A stretch of 64,000 nt of DNA from Candidatus Pollutiaquabacter aromativorans (lineage in GTDB: Bacteria > Bacteroidota > Bacteroidia > AKYH767-A > 2013-40CM-41-45): NCBI GenBank assembly GCA_049177215.1, contig CP185379.1:1192150-1256149 (forward strand), read 5' to 3'. This document shows positions 1 through 9,794 of this stretch, in pieces. The notes beneath the pieces are model-generated. The model saw only the letters and a program-made list of their open reading frames with translations. It did no database searches and was not told the origin of the DNA. Position 1 is the stretch's first letter. Each line of letters starts with the position of its first letter. Position numbers and translations under genes: made by a program.

Positions 1-1063
1 CAATGCTGTCGATGATCGGGTCAAAGTAGTTATTACTGAAATCTTCCGACAGTAGGCACAACGCCTGAATGTAATCGCTCCGGTATCCCGGGTCGCCCAG
101 CACGCGTTGACACAAGGGTCGCCCTGTCGCATTACTGATGTAATCCCACGATAGGCTTTTGATCTGCGCAAGACTGAGTTGTTGCTGGAAATTCCCGAAC
201 GCTTCGTTGACGTCCCAGTGGATCCATTCGAAGCGATCGGATACACTTTCGTGATAAATGAAATAATTGTGACCGGAGCCGATGTAGGAATCCAGATTGG
301 CGAACAGGTTGTCGGCAGCCCAATGGCGGAAGAAAGGCCAGGTGTTCAGCACTTCGGCCAGTGAATCATGAAAGGCTGTTCCGCTGTTATTGATCTTATC
401 GATCAGTCGGATCAGGTCACTCCAGTCGTTGGCCGTTTCGTTATTATCCAGTTCATAACGGTTGTAATACAAGTTCGGACTGCTTCCATACCAGCGCAGG
501 TCACCGGAAGGATCACCCTTGAACCGATTGCCGGAGCTGCTACCGAACCAACGGTCGCAAAAGTCGTTATTGACCTCTTCGACCAATGTGTACAAACCCC
601 AATAGTTACCATTCACATAAACCCGGGCATAGGAGCACCTGGGAGCTGCAATGCCATGTGCCACCAGGAAGTCCAGCATCAGTTTTTCCCGGAGGAAGGA
701 GGGGTCCTTGAAACCGTTATTCAGATTGAACTTTTTGATGCCATCATATTCTTGTCCCGCTACGAATTCGTTCAAATCAAGCTTGAAAGATTTCTTCGGT
801 CCGGGATTGTTATAAGAGCTATTGCCTTTGTATTTGGCGCCGCTGTTAGAAAGCACTTGGCCGTCTATGGTCAGGTCGCATACGGTATAAACATCCGCTG
901 TATAATTGGTCGACAGCGTATCGAGATAGGAAAGCTGGTGGAACTGCAGGTACACATCATGAACGACGGCTTGCGACCAAAGCTGTTGTCCGGCTGTTTG
1001 GGCCGTCGCAAGATGCAATCCGGCGGACACGATCGAAAATACCAGGAACAGAAATTGACGCAT
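1..1063 (-). CDS. CotH-family protein (spore-coat-protein-H-like kinase fold), secreted; partial, C-terminus beyond window start
   Basis: Minus-strand translation from ATG at 1063 gives a signal peptide (MRQFLFLVFSIVSAGLHLATAQ) followed by CotH-like motifs (KYKGNSS...PKKSFKLDLNEF, LNNGFKDPSFLREKLMLDFL). No in-frame stop before position 1. The + strand ORF 368..1072 is antisense and low-complexity. Confidence 0.6.
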   Translation of the reverse strand, partial: MRQFLFLVFSIVSAGLHLATAQTAGQQLWSQAVVHDVYLQFHQLSYLDTLSTNYTADVYTVCDLTIDGQVLSNSGAKYKGNSSYNNPGPKKSFKLDLNEFVAGQEYDGIKKFNLNNGFKDPSFLREKLMLDFLVAHGIAAPRCSYARVYVNGNYWGLYTLVEEVNNDFCDRWFGSSSGNRFKGDPSGDLRWYGSSPNLYYNRYELDNNETANDWSDLIRLIDKINNSGTAFHDSLAEVLNTWPFFRHWAADNLFANLDSYIGSGHNYFIYHESVSDRFEWIHWDVNEAFGNFQQQLSLAQIKSLSWDYISNATGRPLCQRVLGDPGYRSDYIQALCLLSEDFSNNYFDPIIDSI

Positions 1064-1107
1064 GGCGGGTGATGGAAGTCCGTTGGACATCTAATGGGTA
1101 GCTGGGT

Positions 1108-2400
1108 TTAATCCGACCATCGCCCAAATCGATCACGCGCGGCCTGCTCGAGCAGTTCGCGGTCATCGGGATGAGCGATGCGGATCAATTCGCGGGCGCG
1201 TTCCCGCAGGTTTTTCCCGAACAGGTAGGCAATACCGTGTTCGGTGACCACATAGTGGACGTGGGCGCGCGTCGTTACGACTCCGCCACCTTGCTTCAGG
1301 AAGGGCGTTATCCGGGAAACACCTTTCTGTGTACGCGAGGGCAGCGCGATGATGGCTTTCCCGCCCTTTGACAAGGCCGCGCCACGCATGAAATCCATCT
1401 GACCACCCACACCGGAATACTGGTAAGTGCCGATAGAGTCCGAACAGATCTGTCCGGTCAGGTCGATTTCAATGCAACTGTTGATGGCCACCATCTGGTG
1501 GTTCTGACGGATAACGGATACTTCATTGACATAGTCGATGTCCAGAAAGGTGAAGAACGGGTTGTCATGAACATAGTCGTACAGTTTGCGGCTGCCCAGA
1601 CAAAATCCGGTCACCACCCGTCCGGGGTGTTTTGTTTTGAGTTTATTGTTGATGACACCCGATTCGATCAGCGGAATGATCCCATCGGAGAACATTTCCG
1701 TATGAACGCCCAGATCACGGTGGTTGCCGAGACAGCTCAGCACCGCGTCCGGAATGGCGCCTATGCCCATTTGCAGGGTAGCGCCATCGGGGATCAGTTC
1801 GGCGATGTATTCGCCGATTTTTCGTTCGGTAGCGGTGACCCGATCGCCGAATACCGTCTCGTGCAAGGGCTCCGGCGCATAAACGAGTGCATCCAGTTCG
1901 CTGACATGAATGAGTCCATCGCCGTGGGTTCGTGGCATAAGTGGATTGACCTGCGCAATGACATGTTCCGCTGTATTGACGGCGGCTCGGGCGATATCCA
2001 CAGAGGTGCCAAGGGATACGAAGCCATGCGCGTCCGGCTCCGATACCTGCACCAACGCGACATCGAGGGGCATGATACCGGTGCGGAATAGGTCCGGGAT
2101 TTCGCTGAGAAAAACCGGAATGTAGTCGGCACGCCCTTCGTTCACGGCGGGACGGATCGGTTCGGAAACAAAGAATGAATTGATGTTGAAGTTGCCCTCA
2201 TACCGGGATTCGGCAATCGGGAAGTCCCCCAGTACACTGATACAGACGATTTCCACGTCCTTTAGTCGTGGAGCTTCCCCGGCCAGTGCCCGTACAAGAT
2301 GGGTAGGAGTCGCCGCGCTGCCGTGAATGAAGACCCGCTGACCGGACTGGACTACCTGGAGCGCCTCCGAAGCCGGGAGGTAATCTACTTTGTATTGCAT
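1108..2400 (-). CDS. acetyl-CoA hydrolase/transferase family protein (4-hydroxybutyrate/succinyl-CoA:acetate CoA-transferase-like)
   Basis: Long ORF matching the family over its whole length (e.g. GIGAIPDAVL...SGGQMDFMRGAALSKGGKAIIALPS). Start placed at internal MQYKVDYLPASEALQ (about 431 aa, typical size) rather than the upstream ORF-track Met at 2502. Confidence 0.8.
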   Translation of the reverse strand: MQYKVDYLPASEALQVVQSGQRVFIHGSAATPTHLVRALAGEAPRLKDVEIVCISVLGDFPIAESRYEGNFNINSFFVSEPIRPAVNEGRADYIPVFLSEIPDLFRTGIMPLDVALVQVSEPDAHGFVSLGTSVDIARAAVNTAEHVIAQVNPLMPRTHGDGLIHVSELDALVYAPEPLHETVFGDRVTATERKIGEYIAELIPDGATLQMGIGAIPDAVLSCLGNHRDLGVHTEMFSDGIIPLIESGVINNKLKTKHPGRVVTGFCLGSRKLYDYVHDNPFFTFLDIDYVNEVSVIRQNHQMVAINSCIEIDLTGQICSDSIGTYQYSGVGGQMDFMRGAALSKGGKAIIALPSRTQKGVSRITPFLKQGGGVVTTRAHVHYVVTEHGIAYLFGKNLRERARELIRIAHPDDRELLEQAARDRFGRWSD

Positions 2401-2500
2401 AATGCGGGCAAAGATATTCCGAACTCCTGAATCGGCTCTGACCTTCATCAGGGAGAAACGTTGGAAAAGGTCGTGTACATCATATCCGTATCTTTCGGAC

Positions 2501-2923
2501 ATGACAGCGGATGACTATATCCGGTACTTTCACATGATTGCCCATCCGGAGGGAGGGTACTTTGTAGAGACCTTCCGAAGTGCAACGAACATCCGCTTGG
2601 CTGACTTTGACAGTGACCGATCACTTGCCACCAGCATTCTTTTTCTGCTGAAAGCGGGTCAGTCCTCTGCTTTGCATCGGATTAAAAGCGATGAACTTTG
2701 GTATTATCACGATGGCGAAGGACTGGAAATTGTGGAAATCGATGAACAGGGCAGGGAAGTGGTGACACGGCTGGGAAAGCGTTGTTTCGACGGCGAAGTC
2801 TTGCAACATGTCGTACCTGCAGGTCGATGGTTCGGGGCCAGGTTGGCGGCTGAAGGGTCTTTCTGCCTGGTGGGTTGTCAGGTCAGCCCCGGATTCGACT
2901 TTAGGGATTTTGAATTGAAGTGA
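2501..2923 (+). CDS. cupin-domain protein (DUF985-like)
   Basis: ORF 2390..2923. The conserved part starts at MTADDYIRYFHMIAHPEGGYFVETFRS (cupin_5-like). The earlier Met would overlap the convergent CoA-transferase. Confidence 0.55.
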   Translation: MTADDYIRYFHMIAHPEGGYFVETFRSATNIRLADFDSDRSLATSILFLLKAGQSSALHRIKSDELWYYHDGEGLEIVEIDEQGREVVTRLGKRCFDGEVLQHVVPAGRWFGARLAAEGSFCLVGCQVSPGFDFRDFELK

Positions 2924-2965
2924 GCATTTTTGCACCCCGGAATATCAACTATTGATTCAAACACT

Positions 2966-3673
2966 ATGAGCCTTCACATAAACGCTGAAAAGGGAAGCAT
3001 CGCACCCATCGTTCTGCTCCCGGGCGATCCGCTTCGCGCTAAGTACATCGCCGAGAACTGGTTGAAGGATCCAAAGCTGGTCAGTACCACGCGGAACATG
3101 TTCTACTTTACCGGTGAGTACAAAGGAAAGCGCGTTACTGTTGGAGGTAGCGGAATGGGCTGTCCGTCCATCGGAATCTACTCGTTCGAACTTTATACCG
3201 AATACCAGGTCGAAACCATTATCCGTATCGGAACGGCCGGTTCTTACCTCCCGAATCTGAAGACCTACGAGTTGGTAAACGCCGAGTTTGCCTGCAGTGA
3301 ATCGACCTACGCGCACAACGCTTTCGGCTTCGAAGGCAATAAGATGGTCCATCAAGGGCCTGCTTTTGAACGTATCAACGAAGCCGCTCGTCGGTTGAAC
3401 CAGCCGGTGCATGCCGGAACGATTCATTCCAACGATGTTTTTTACAGAGCCAGCAAGGAGTTGCCCGAGATCGTCGCTGAACACAACTGCCTGGCGGTGG
3501 AAATGGAGGCGTTCGCCCTCTTTGCCAATGCCCGTTACCTGAAAAAGACCGCTGGCACCTTGCTGACAATTTCCGACGTAATTCCGACCGGCGAGGTCAT
3601 CAGCCCAGAAGCAAGGGAAAAATCACTCAAGCCGATGATCGAGCTGGCTTTGGAGGCCTGTGTTGAGCTTTGA
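2966..3673 (+). CDS. deoD: purine nucleoside phosphorylase, DeoD-type
   Basis: MSLHINAEKGSIAPIVLLPGDPLRAKYIAE...GSGMGCPSIGIYSFEL...LAVEMEAFALF are canonical PNP-I (DeoD) motifs. Start placed at Met13 of the ORF-track frame. Confidence 0.85.
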   Translation: MSLHINAEKGSIAPIVLLPGDPLRAKYIAENWLKDPKLVSTTRNMFYFTGEYKGKRVTVGGSGMGCPSIGIYSFELYTEYQVETIIRIGTAGSYLPNLKTYELVNAEFACSESTYAHNAFGFEGNKMVHQGPAFERINEAARRLNQPVHAGTIHSNDVFYRASKELPEIVAEHNCLAVEMEAFALFANARYLKKTAGTLLTISDVIPTGEVISPEAREKSLKPMIELALEACVEL

Positions 3674-3697
3674 GTCCGGACTTTTCCGTAAGGATCG

Positions 3698-5102
3698 TCA
3701 CTTTCCGATACAGAACTTGGAAAAAATGTTTTCCAGGAGGTCATCGGTGCTGATTTCCCCGGTGATCTCGCCCAGGTGATGCAAGGCGACCCGCAGGTCA
3801 CTGGCGATAAAATCGTGCGTAACTCCGGAATCGAGACCGGCAAGTACCCTTTCAAGTGCAGCTTCCGTCTGCTGCAATGCAAGTGCATGCCGGGCGTTGC
3901 TGACGATCGTATCCCCGCTTTGCAAGCGCTCGGTGTCAACCGCCGACAACAAGCGATCTTCTAATGCAGAGAGTCCCGCTCCGGATTTTGCAGAAAGGAA
4001 AATGACTTCAGGATAGTTCTTGAACTCCTTTTCGAGCGCCTCGGGTTTGCTGCCGTCGGACTTGTTTCCGACAAGCAACAGACGGAACGTGTCACTGCCG
4101 GTTAGTTTTCGTAACGCTTCGAGTTCCAACTGCAGCGAGCCGGCAGTCGTTTCGGTAACGTCAAACAGGTAAAGCAGGAGCGGAGATTGCCGGATCTTGT
4201 CCAGCGTACGCTCCACACCGATCCGTTCGATCGTGTCGCTGGTATCCCGGATCCCTGCGGTATCGATGAAACGAAACCGTATTCCCTGGAGGCTGAGCTC
4301 TTCTTCGATCGTATCGCGGGTCGTTCCGGCTATGTCGCTGACGATGGCGCGTTCTTCCCGGAGCAGCGTATTGAGGAGTGTCGATTTACCGACATTCGGT
4401 TTACCCGGCGATCACGACCGGGATGCCATTCCGTAAGACATTGCCCAGTTCGAACGAGCGAATCAAGGCGTCCAATTGGCCACATAAACGCTTGACGAGA
4501 CCGCGCAATTGTTCGCGATTGGCGAACTCAACATCTTCTTCGGAAAAATCAAGTTCCAATTCAATCAGGGATGCAAAGTGGATGAGTTCGGCACGCAGGT
4601 CTTTGATCTTCCTGCTGAAACCTCCGCGCATCTGTTGCAAGGCCACGCGATGGGCAGCGGCCGAACCACTCGCGATGAGATCGGCGACCGCTTCGGCCTG
4701 CGACAGATCCAATTTTCCATTTAAAAAGGCGCGAAGCGTATACTCGCCCGGTTCAGCCAGCCGTGCCCCTTGCTGGCAAAGCGCCTGCAAGAGTTGTTGC
4801 TGGATGAAAGGTGAACCATGACAGGAAAATTCCAGGGTATCTTCACCCGTGTAGGAGTGAGGACCGCGAAAAACGGCAACGAGAACTTCGTCCAGGACCG
4901 CATCGTCGAAATGAAATTCACCGAAGTGCAGGCTATAGCCCGGTTGGTCCTGCAACGACTTTATTGACCGGGATTTTGCACGAAACACCCGGTCACCGAT
5001 GGTAAAAGCGGATTTCCCCGATAGCCGGATCACCGCAATGGCTCCGGTTCCGGGGGCTGTCGATAGCGCCGCAATGGTATCGTCTCGCTTGAAATTCAGC
5101 AT
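3698..5102 (-). pseudogene. mnmE: tRNA modification GTPase MnmE (TrmE), reading frame interrupted by an apparent +1 frameshift at about 4403-4406
   Basis: ORF 4401..5102 encodes the MnmE N-domain and ends ...VVIAG* exactly where the G1 P-loop (GKPNVGKST) should follow. The P-loop and the rest of the G-domain and C-terminus (...FCIGK) continue in another frame, with ORF 3698..4216 as the tail. An extra C in the run CCC at 4404-4406 (minus-strand GG to GGG) explains it. Confidence 0.75.
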
Positions 5103-5228
5103 GTTGAAAGGAGTGCAAATTTACCCATTCCGGTGGATTCATGGGGGCAAAACACTATTTTCGCGCTGGAATTGCGAGAAAAGTCAGACTTCTTCTTTAG
5201 CAACCTATAGCTTAGCAACCCTATTTCC

Positions 5229-6110
5229 ATGAGTGTACTCGTAAACAAGAACAGCAAGATCATCGTCCAGGGCTTCACCGGGAGCGAAGGAACCTTCCAC
5301 GCTTCGCAAATGATCGAATACGGAACCAATGTCGTAGGCGGCGTCACCCCGGGAAAAGGCGGCACTTCGCACCTCGAACGTCCGGTCTTCAACACGGTAG
5401 CCGATGCGGTCCGCCAGACCGGTGCGGATGTCTCCATCGTATTCGTACCGCCGGCTTTTGCAGCCGATGCGATCATGGAAGCGGCCGAATCCGGCATCAA
5501 GCTGGTTGTTGCGATCACGGAGGGTATCCCGACGCGCGATATGATCCAGGTAAAAGAATACCTGGCCGACAAACAAACCCGTCTCATCGGGCCGAATTGC
5601 CCGGGTGTGATTACCGCGGGTGAATGCAAGGTTGGCATCATGCCGGGCTTCGTGTTCAAACCCGGGAAAGTCGGTATCGTCTCCAAATCCGGAACCCTGA
5701 CTTACGAAGCTGCCGACCAGGTCGTGCGGGCCGGCATGGGAATCTCTACCGCCATCGGTATCGGAGGTGATCCGATCATCGGAACCACCACCCGGGAAGC
5801 TGTCGAACTCTTTATGAACGACCCGCTTACGGAAGGCATCATTATGATCGGCGAGATCGGCGGAAGCCTGGAAGCGGAAGCAGCCCGCTGGATCAAGAAG
5901 AACGGCACCAAACCCGTAGTCGGATTCATCGCCGGTCAAACGGCGCCTCCCGGACGTCGCATGGGACATGCCGGTGCGATCATCGGGGGAGCGGATGATA
6001 CCGCAGAAGCAAAAATGAAGATCATGCGCGAATGCGGCATTCACGTTGTCGATACCCCCGCCTTCATCGGCGTTACGATGGCCAAGGTGTTGAAAGGGGT
6101 GACGGCCTGA
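5229..6110 (+). CDS. sucD: succinate--CoA ligase [ADP-forming] alpha subunit
   Basis: Full-length match to SucD ([15 protein letters not shown]...[20 protein letters not shown]...[11 protein letters not shown]). Confidence 0.9.
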   Translation: MSVLVNKNSKIIVQGFTGSEGTFHASQMIEYGTNVVGGVTPGKGGTSHLERPVFNTVADAVRQTGADVSIVFVPPAFAADAIMEAAESGIKLVVAITEGIPTRDMIQVKEYLADKQTRLIGPNCPGVITAGECKVGIMPGFVFKPGKVGIVSKSGTLTYEAADQVVRAGMGISTAIGIGGDPIIGTTTREAVELFMNDPLTEGIIMIGEIGGSLEAEAARWIKKNGTKPVVGFIAGQTAPPGRRMGHAGAIIGGADDTAEAKMKIMRECGIHVVDTPAFIGVTMAKVLKGVTA

Positions 6111-6124
6111 GGGGGGAAGATTTG

Positions 6125-6276
6125 TAATTAGTAATTAGTAATTCGGGAAAGTTGAAGCTGGAAGGTTGAAAGTTGAATGTTGAAAGTTGAAGGACAACTC
6201 TTCACTCTTCACTATTCACTCTTCACTATTCGCTATTCGCTATTCACTATTCACTATTCACTGTTCACTGTTCACT
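6125..6276. repeat. three adjacent heptamer tandem arrays in the sucD-fabG intergenic region: (TAATTAG)x2.5 at 6125-6143, (GTTGAAN)x5 at 6151-6193, (NTTCACT/TTCGCT)x11 at 6198-6276
   Basis: Read directly: taattagtaattagtaatt ... gttgaagctggaaggttgaaagttgaatgttgaaagttgaagg ... ctcttcact cttcact attcact cttcact attcgct attcgct attcact attcact attcact gttcact gttcact. The array ends 3 nt before the fabG ATG. Confidence 0.8.
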
Positions 6277-6279
6277 AAA

Positions 6280-7026
6280 ATGAAACTACTCTCCGGAAAA
6301 ACCGCCCTTGTCACCGGTGCATCGAAAGGCATTGGTCGCGGGATCGCCCTTAAGTTGGCGGAGCACGGCGCCAATGTCGCGTTCACGTATCTCTCTTCGG
6401 TTGAGAAAGGGCAAGCACTTGAGGCCGAACTGGCGGCATTCGGTATCAAAGCCAAAGGCTATCGAAGTGACGCCTCCGACTTCAAAGCCTCCGAAGAACT
6501 GGTGAATGCGATCGTAAGCGACTTCGGTTCACTCGAGGTCATCGTCAACAATGCGGGCATCACCCGTGACGGTTTGCTCATGCGCATGACGGAGGAGCAA
6601 TTCAACGAAGTCATCCGGATCAACCTGAATTCGGTTTTCAACGTTACCAAAGCTGCGATCCGCCAGTTGCTCAAACAGAAGCAGGGCAGCATTATCAATA
6701 TTTCGAGCGTCGTAGGCGTAAAGGGAAATGCCGGCCAGGCGAATTATGCCGCTTCCAAGGCCGGGATAATCGGCTTCACCAAATCTGTTGCCCTGGAATT
6801 GGGGTCCCGCAACATCCGCTGCAACGCTATCGCACCGGGATTCATCGAGACGGAAATGACGGGAGTCCTCAACGAGGAAACCGTCAAGCAATGGCGCGAA
6901 GCCATTCCGCTCAAGCGCGGCGGCACACCCGACGATGTGGCTAACGCCGTGATCTTCCTGGGATCCGAGCTGTCGGCTTATATCACCGGACAGGTCCTGA
7001 ACGTAGATGGTGGGATGTTGACCTGA
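6280..7026 (+). CDS. fabG: 3-oxoacyl-[acyl-carrier-protein] reductase
   Basis: MKLLSGKTALVTGASKGIGRGIA...NAG...SVVG..YAASKAG is the SDR/FabG signature. The ORF-track start at 6187 would read through the heptamer repeat, so the canonical FabG N-terminus at 6280 was chosen. Confidence 0.85.
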   Translation: MKLLSGKTALVTGASKGIGRGIALKLAEHGANVAFTYLSSVEKGQALEAELAAFGIKAKGYRSDASDFKASEELVNAIVSDFGSLEVIVNNAGITRDGLLMRMTEEQFNEVIRINLNSVFNVTKAAIRQLLKQKQGSIINISSVVGVKGNAGQANYAASKAGIIGFTKSVALELGSRNIRCNAIAPGFIETEMTGVLNEETVKQWREAIPLKRGGTPDDVANAVIFLGSELSAYITGQVLNVDGGMLT

Positions 7027-7040
7027 TACAGTTTGAATGA

Positions 7041-7085
7041 AAAAAGAAACGCCATGCATCATACTCAGCATGGCGTTTCGTTTTA
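7041..7085. terminator. bidirectional rho-independent terminator between convergent fabG and the 7099..7620 gene
   Basis: Perfect 10-bp stem aacgccatgc / gcatggcgtt (7048-7057 and 7069-7078) with an 11-nt loop, followed by TTTCGTTTTAT. There is an A-run on the other side. Confidence 0.6.
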
Positions 7086-7098
7086 TAGCGGTAGTCGA

Positions 7099-7620
7099 TC
7101 AATCGCACCATTGAAGCTTGTCCAGCTCACGGGTGTGTACCTGAATCCTGATTACCTCATGGGCAGGACTGACCCAGACCAACAACCAACCATAAGGTCG
7201 CTTGAAATGGTAGATGCTCGTAATGGGTGAATCCTCGTAATCCTGTTTGTCCGTAACGCGGACAGGTTGTCCGAGAACTTCCTCGAGGTAGGCTTCGTCG
7301 TGGCCGAACAGCTGATAGTTGATCTTGCCACTGAAACCGGGCAGGACCTCAAAGCAATTCAATCCGGTGTACATGCGCAGCCCCATGTTCTCGAAATCCA
7401 AGCCACCGCCGCAGAACTCTTCCCCGCCTTCTTCCGTGAATTGAGAATAGCAGGGAAAGTACTTCTTGAGGCTATCCACTGGAGCGTCGGGTCGCCATTT
7501 ATTGACCTTTCCGGAATCCAGGTCCAGCTTCAACGTGTCACAAATCGGCTTTTTGTCCTCCGCTTTGACGTTGGAGAAGAAGGCGAACAGGATCAAAGAA
7601 AGCAAGATAGCGCTGCGCAT
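7099..7620 (-). CDS. hypothetical secreted protein (signal peptide, Cys-containing)
   Basis: N-terminal MRSAILLSLILFAFFSNVKA signal peptide. No recognisable domain. Confidence 0.45.
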   Translation of the reverse strand: MRSAILLSLILFAFFSNVKAEDKKPICDTLKLDLDSGKVNKWRPDAPVDSLKKYFPCYSQFTEEGGEEFCGGGLDFENMGLRMYTGLNCFEVLPGFSGKINYQLFGHDEAYLEEVLGQPVRVTDKQDYEDSPITSIYHFKRPYGWLLVWVSPAHEVIRIQVHTRELDKLQWCD

Positions 7621-7717
7621 TCGAAGATGTTTTATTCTTCAAAGATAAGCCGATAGGGGCGCGGACGCAAGGCGGAATCAGGCCAATGGATTATCTTCGT
7701 CGACCCATTCTACTACC

Positions 7718-9763
7718 ATGAAGCGAATCCTGCTTTCGGCTTTCATAAGCCTGTCGATGACTGTGAACGCGCAGTCCACACTGACTCCTGAACTATTATG
7801 GAAATTCGGTCGGGTTGCCGAACCGGTTGTGGCACCTCAGGGTGATAAAGCCGCCTATAGCGTTCGAACCATCGACCTGTCCAGTGGTAAGAGCAATTTT
7901 GATATCTGGGTTGTGGAGCTTTCTACCGGGAAATCACATTTGATGGCCGGAGAAACCGCGACGGAAACCAATCCGGTTTGGAGTCCGAATGGTTCGATCC
8001 TGTATTACCTGAGCGATGCCGGCGGGACCTCCCAGATCTGGCGTGTCCGCTCCGATCTTTCCGATCGTCGGCAAGTATCACGCCTGGATAAGGATATCAA
8101 CGCCTTTGGACTATCGGGAAATGGTAAACAGATCTGGTTTGCTCAGGATGTCGCCATAAATAAGACACTGGGAAAGGATATTTATCCTGACCTGCCGAAG
8201 AACAGCGCGCGCATCTATGACGATCTCAATGCGCGTCATTGGGATACCTGGGACGATGGTTCCCGTAGTCATGTCTTTACTGCTTCGCTCAACGATACGA
8301 CCCTGGGACCCGTAGTCGATATCATGGCCGGCGAGCCCTTTGACGCGCCGATGAAGCCGATGGGCGGGGGAGAGGAGATCGCGATTTCAACGGATGGTGC
8401 TCGCATCGCTTATACCTGTAAAAAGATGAACGGGGTTGAGTATGCCACCAGTACCAATTCTGAAATTTATCTCTACGAATTGGCCACAGGGAAAACCACG
8501 AATCTGTCGGAAGGAAACAAAGGATATGATCGGGTACCGGAATTCTCACCGGATGGTTCACGCTTGGTTTGGCAAAGTATGGCCGAAGACGGCTATGAAG
8601 CCGATCAAAACCGATTGATACTGTATGACTTTAAGACCCGGACCAAACGTGACCTGACGCAAGGATACGACAACAGCGTCGAGGCTCACCATTGGAGCCC
8701 GAATGGTCAGGTAGTGTATTTCACTTCAGGAATCAACGCAACCATTCAATTTTTCGTTGCCGATCCACGCATGCGTTCCGCTATCGTGTGGCGACAACTC
8801 TCCGATGAACTTGCGGATTATACGGCATTCACCGTAGCGACAAATGGAAAGCGTGAAGACGTAATCGTAGCAACACGGGAAGACTTATCGCATCCGGCTG
8901 AGCTATTCGTGTTCGACCCGAAGACAAAATCGAGCCGGCAGCTGACCCAGGTGAATGGAGAAGCGTTGAAAGCGCTGAAGATGGGTGAAGTAAGGAAGCG
9001 CATGGTCAAGGCCACTGACGGCAAGGAGATCCTGACGTGGGTGGTTTATCCGCCCAACTTTGATGCTAGTAAAAAGTATCCGACACTGCTCTACTGCCAG
9101 GGCGGACCTCAATCGATGGTTGGTCAGTTCTTTTCCTACCGATGGAACCTGCAACTCATGGCTGCCAATGGATATATCGTCGTAGCGCCGAATCGTCGCG
9201 GACTACCGGGATTCGGAAAAGCGTGGAACGATGATATCCAGGGTGATTGGGGAGGACAGCCCATGCGTGATCTGATCAGCGCGATCGACGACGTGGCGAA
9301 AGAGCCATACGTGAACAAGGATAAATTGGGTGCCGTCGGCGCCAGCTTTGGCGGCTATTCGGTCTTCTGGCTGGCGGGTCATCACGAGAAGCGATTCAAG
9401 TGCTTCATTGCCCACAACGGTGTCTACAACCTGGAGTCCTGTATTGCGACCGAAGAACCTTTTTTCCCGATCCACGAGTTTGAAGGAAATTTCTGGCAGA
9501 GCCCCAAGCCTAAGAGCTACGAGCAGTATTCACCGCATAAATTCGTTCAGTTCTGGGATACACCCATTCTGATCATCGCTAACGAAAAAGACTATCGTGT
9601 CCCTTATACACAGGGATTGGAAGCCTTTTCGGCGGCACGTCTGCGTGGAATCCCGGCCCGACTGCTTAGTTTCCCGGATGAGAACCATTGGGTCCTTAAA
9701 GCCCAAAATAGCGTCGTCTGGCAACGTGTTTTCTTCGACTGGTTGGATCGATACTTGAAGTAA
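7718..9763 (+). CDS. S9-family serine peptidase (prolyl oligopeptidase/acylaminoacyl-peptidase-like) with N-terminal PD40/TolB-like beta-propeller
   Basis: Signal peptide, then WSPNGS/FSPDGS propeller repeats, then a C-terminal alpha/beta-hydrolase domain with catalytic GxSxGG (GAVGASFGGY) and the Asp/His region (DYRVP...DENHW). Confidence 0.85.
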   Translation: MKRILLSAFISLSMTVNAQSTLTPELLWKFGRVAEPVVAPQGDKAAYSVRTIDLSSGKSNFDIWVVELSTGKSHLMAGETATETNPVWSPNGSILYYLSDAGGTSQIWRVRSDLSDRRQVSRLDKDINAFGLSGNGKQIWFAQDVAINKTLGKDIYPDLPKNSARIYDDLNARHWDTWDDGSRSHVFTASLNDTTLGPVVDIMAGEPFDAPMKPMGGGEEIAISTDGARIAYTCKKMNGVEYATSTNSEIYLYELATGKTTNLSEGNKGYDRVPEFSPDGSRLVWQSMAEDGYEADQNRLILYDFKTRTKRDLTQGYDNSVEAHHWSPNGQVVYFTSGINATIQFFVADPRMRSAIVWRQLSDELADYTAFTVATNGKREDVIVATREDLSHPAELFVFDPKTKSSRQLTQVNGEALKALKMGEVRKRMVKATDGKEILTWVVYPPNFDASKKYPTLLYCQGGPQSMVGQFFSYRWNLQLMAANGYIVVAPNRRGLPGFGKAWNDDIQGDWGGQPMRDLISAIDDVAKEPYVNKDKLGAVGASFGGYSVFWLAGHHEKRFKCFIAHNGVYNLESCIATEEPFFPIHEFEGNFWQSPKPKSYEQYSPHKFVQFWDTPILIIANEKDYRVPYTQGLEAFSAARLRGIPARLLSFPDENHWVLKAQNSVVWQRVFFDWLDRYLK

Positions 9764-9794
9764 AAAAATCTGAAAAAAGCCGGTTAGGAATCTA

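Noticed and set aside
368-1072. 234-aa + strand ORF
   Set aside because: Antisense to a well-supported CotH-family gene. Its translation is low-complexity (V/I/Q-rich) with no motifs, and the opposite strand gives a signal peptide and conserved CotH motifs.
5205-6044. 279-aa minus-strand ORF
   Set aside because: Lies entirely antisense within sucD. GC-rich codon-position artefact (Arg/Gly/Asp-rich, no motifs).
6187-6279. N-terminal extension of fabG through the heptamer repeat (SLFTIHS... periodic peptide)
   Set aside because: The in-frame reading is a by-product of 3x7-nt periodicity. The canonical FabG N-terminus MKLLSGKTALVTGASKGIG begins at 6280.
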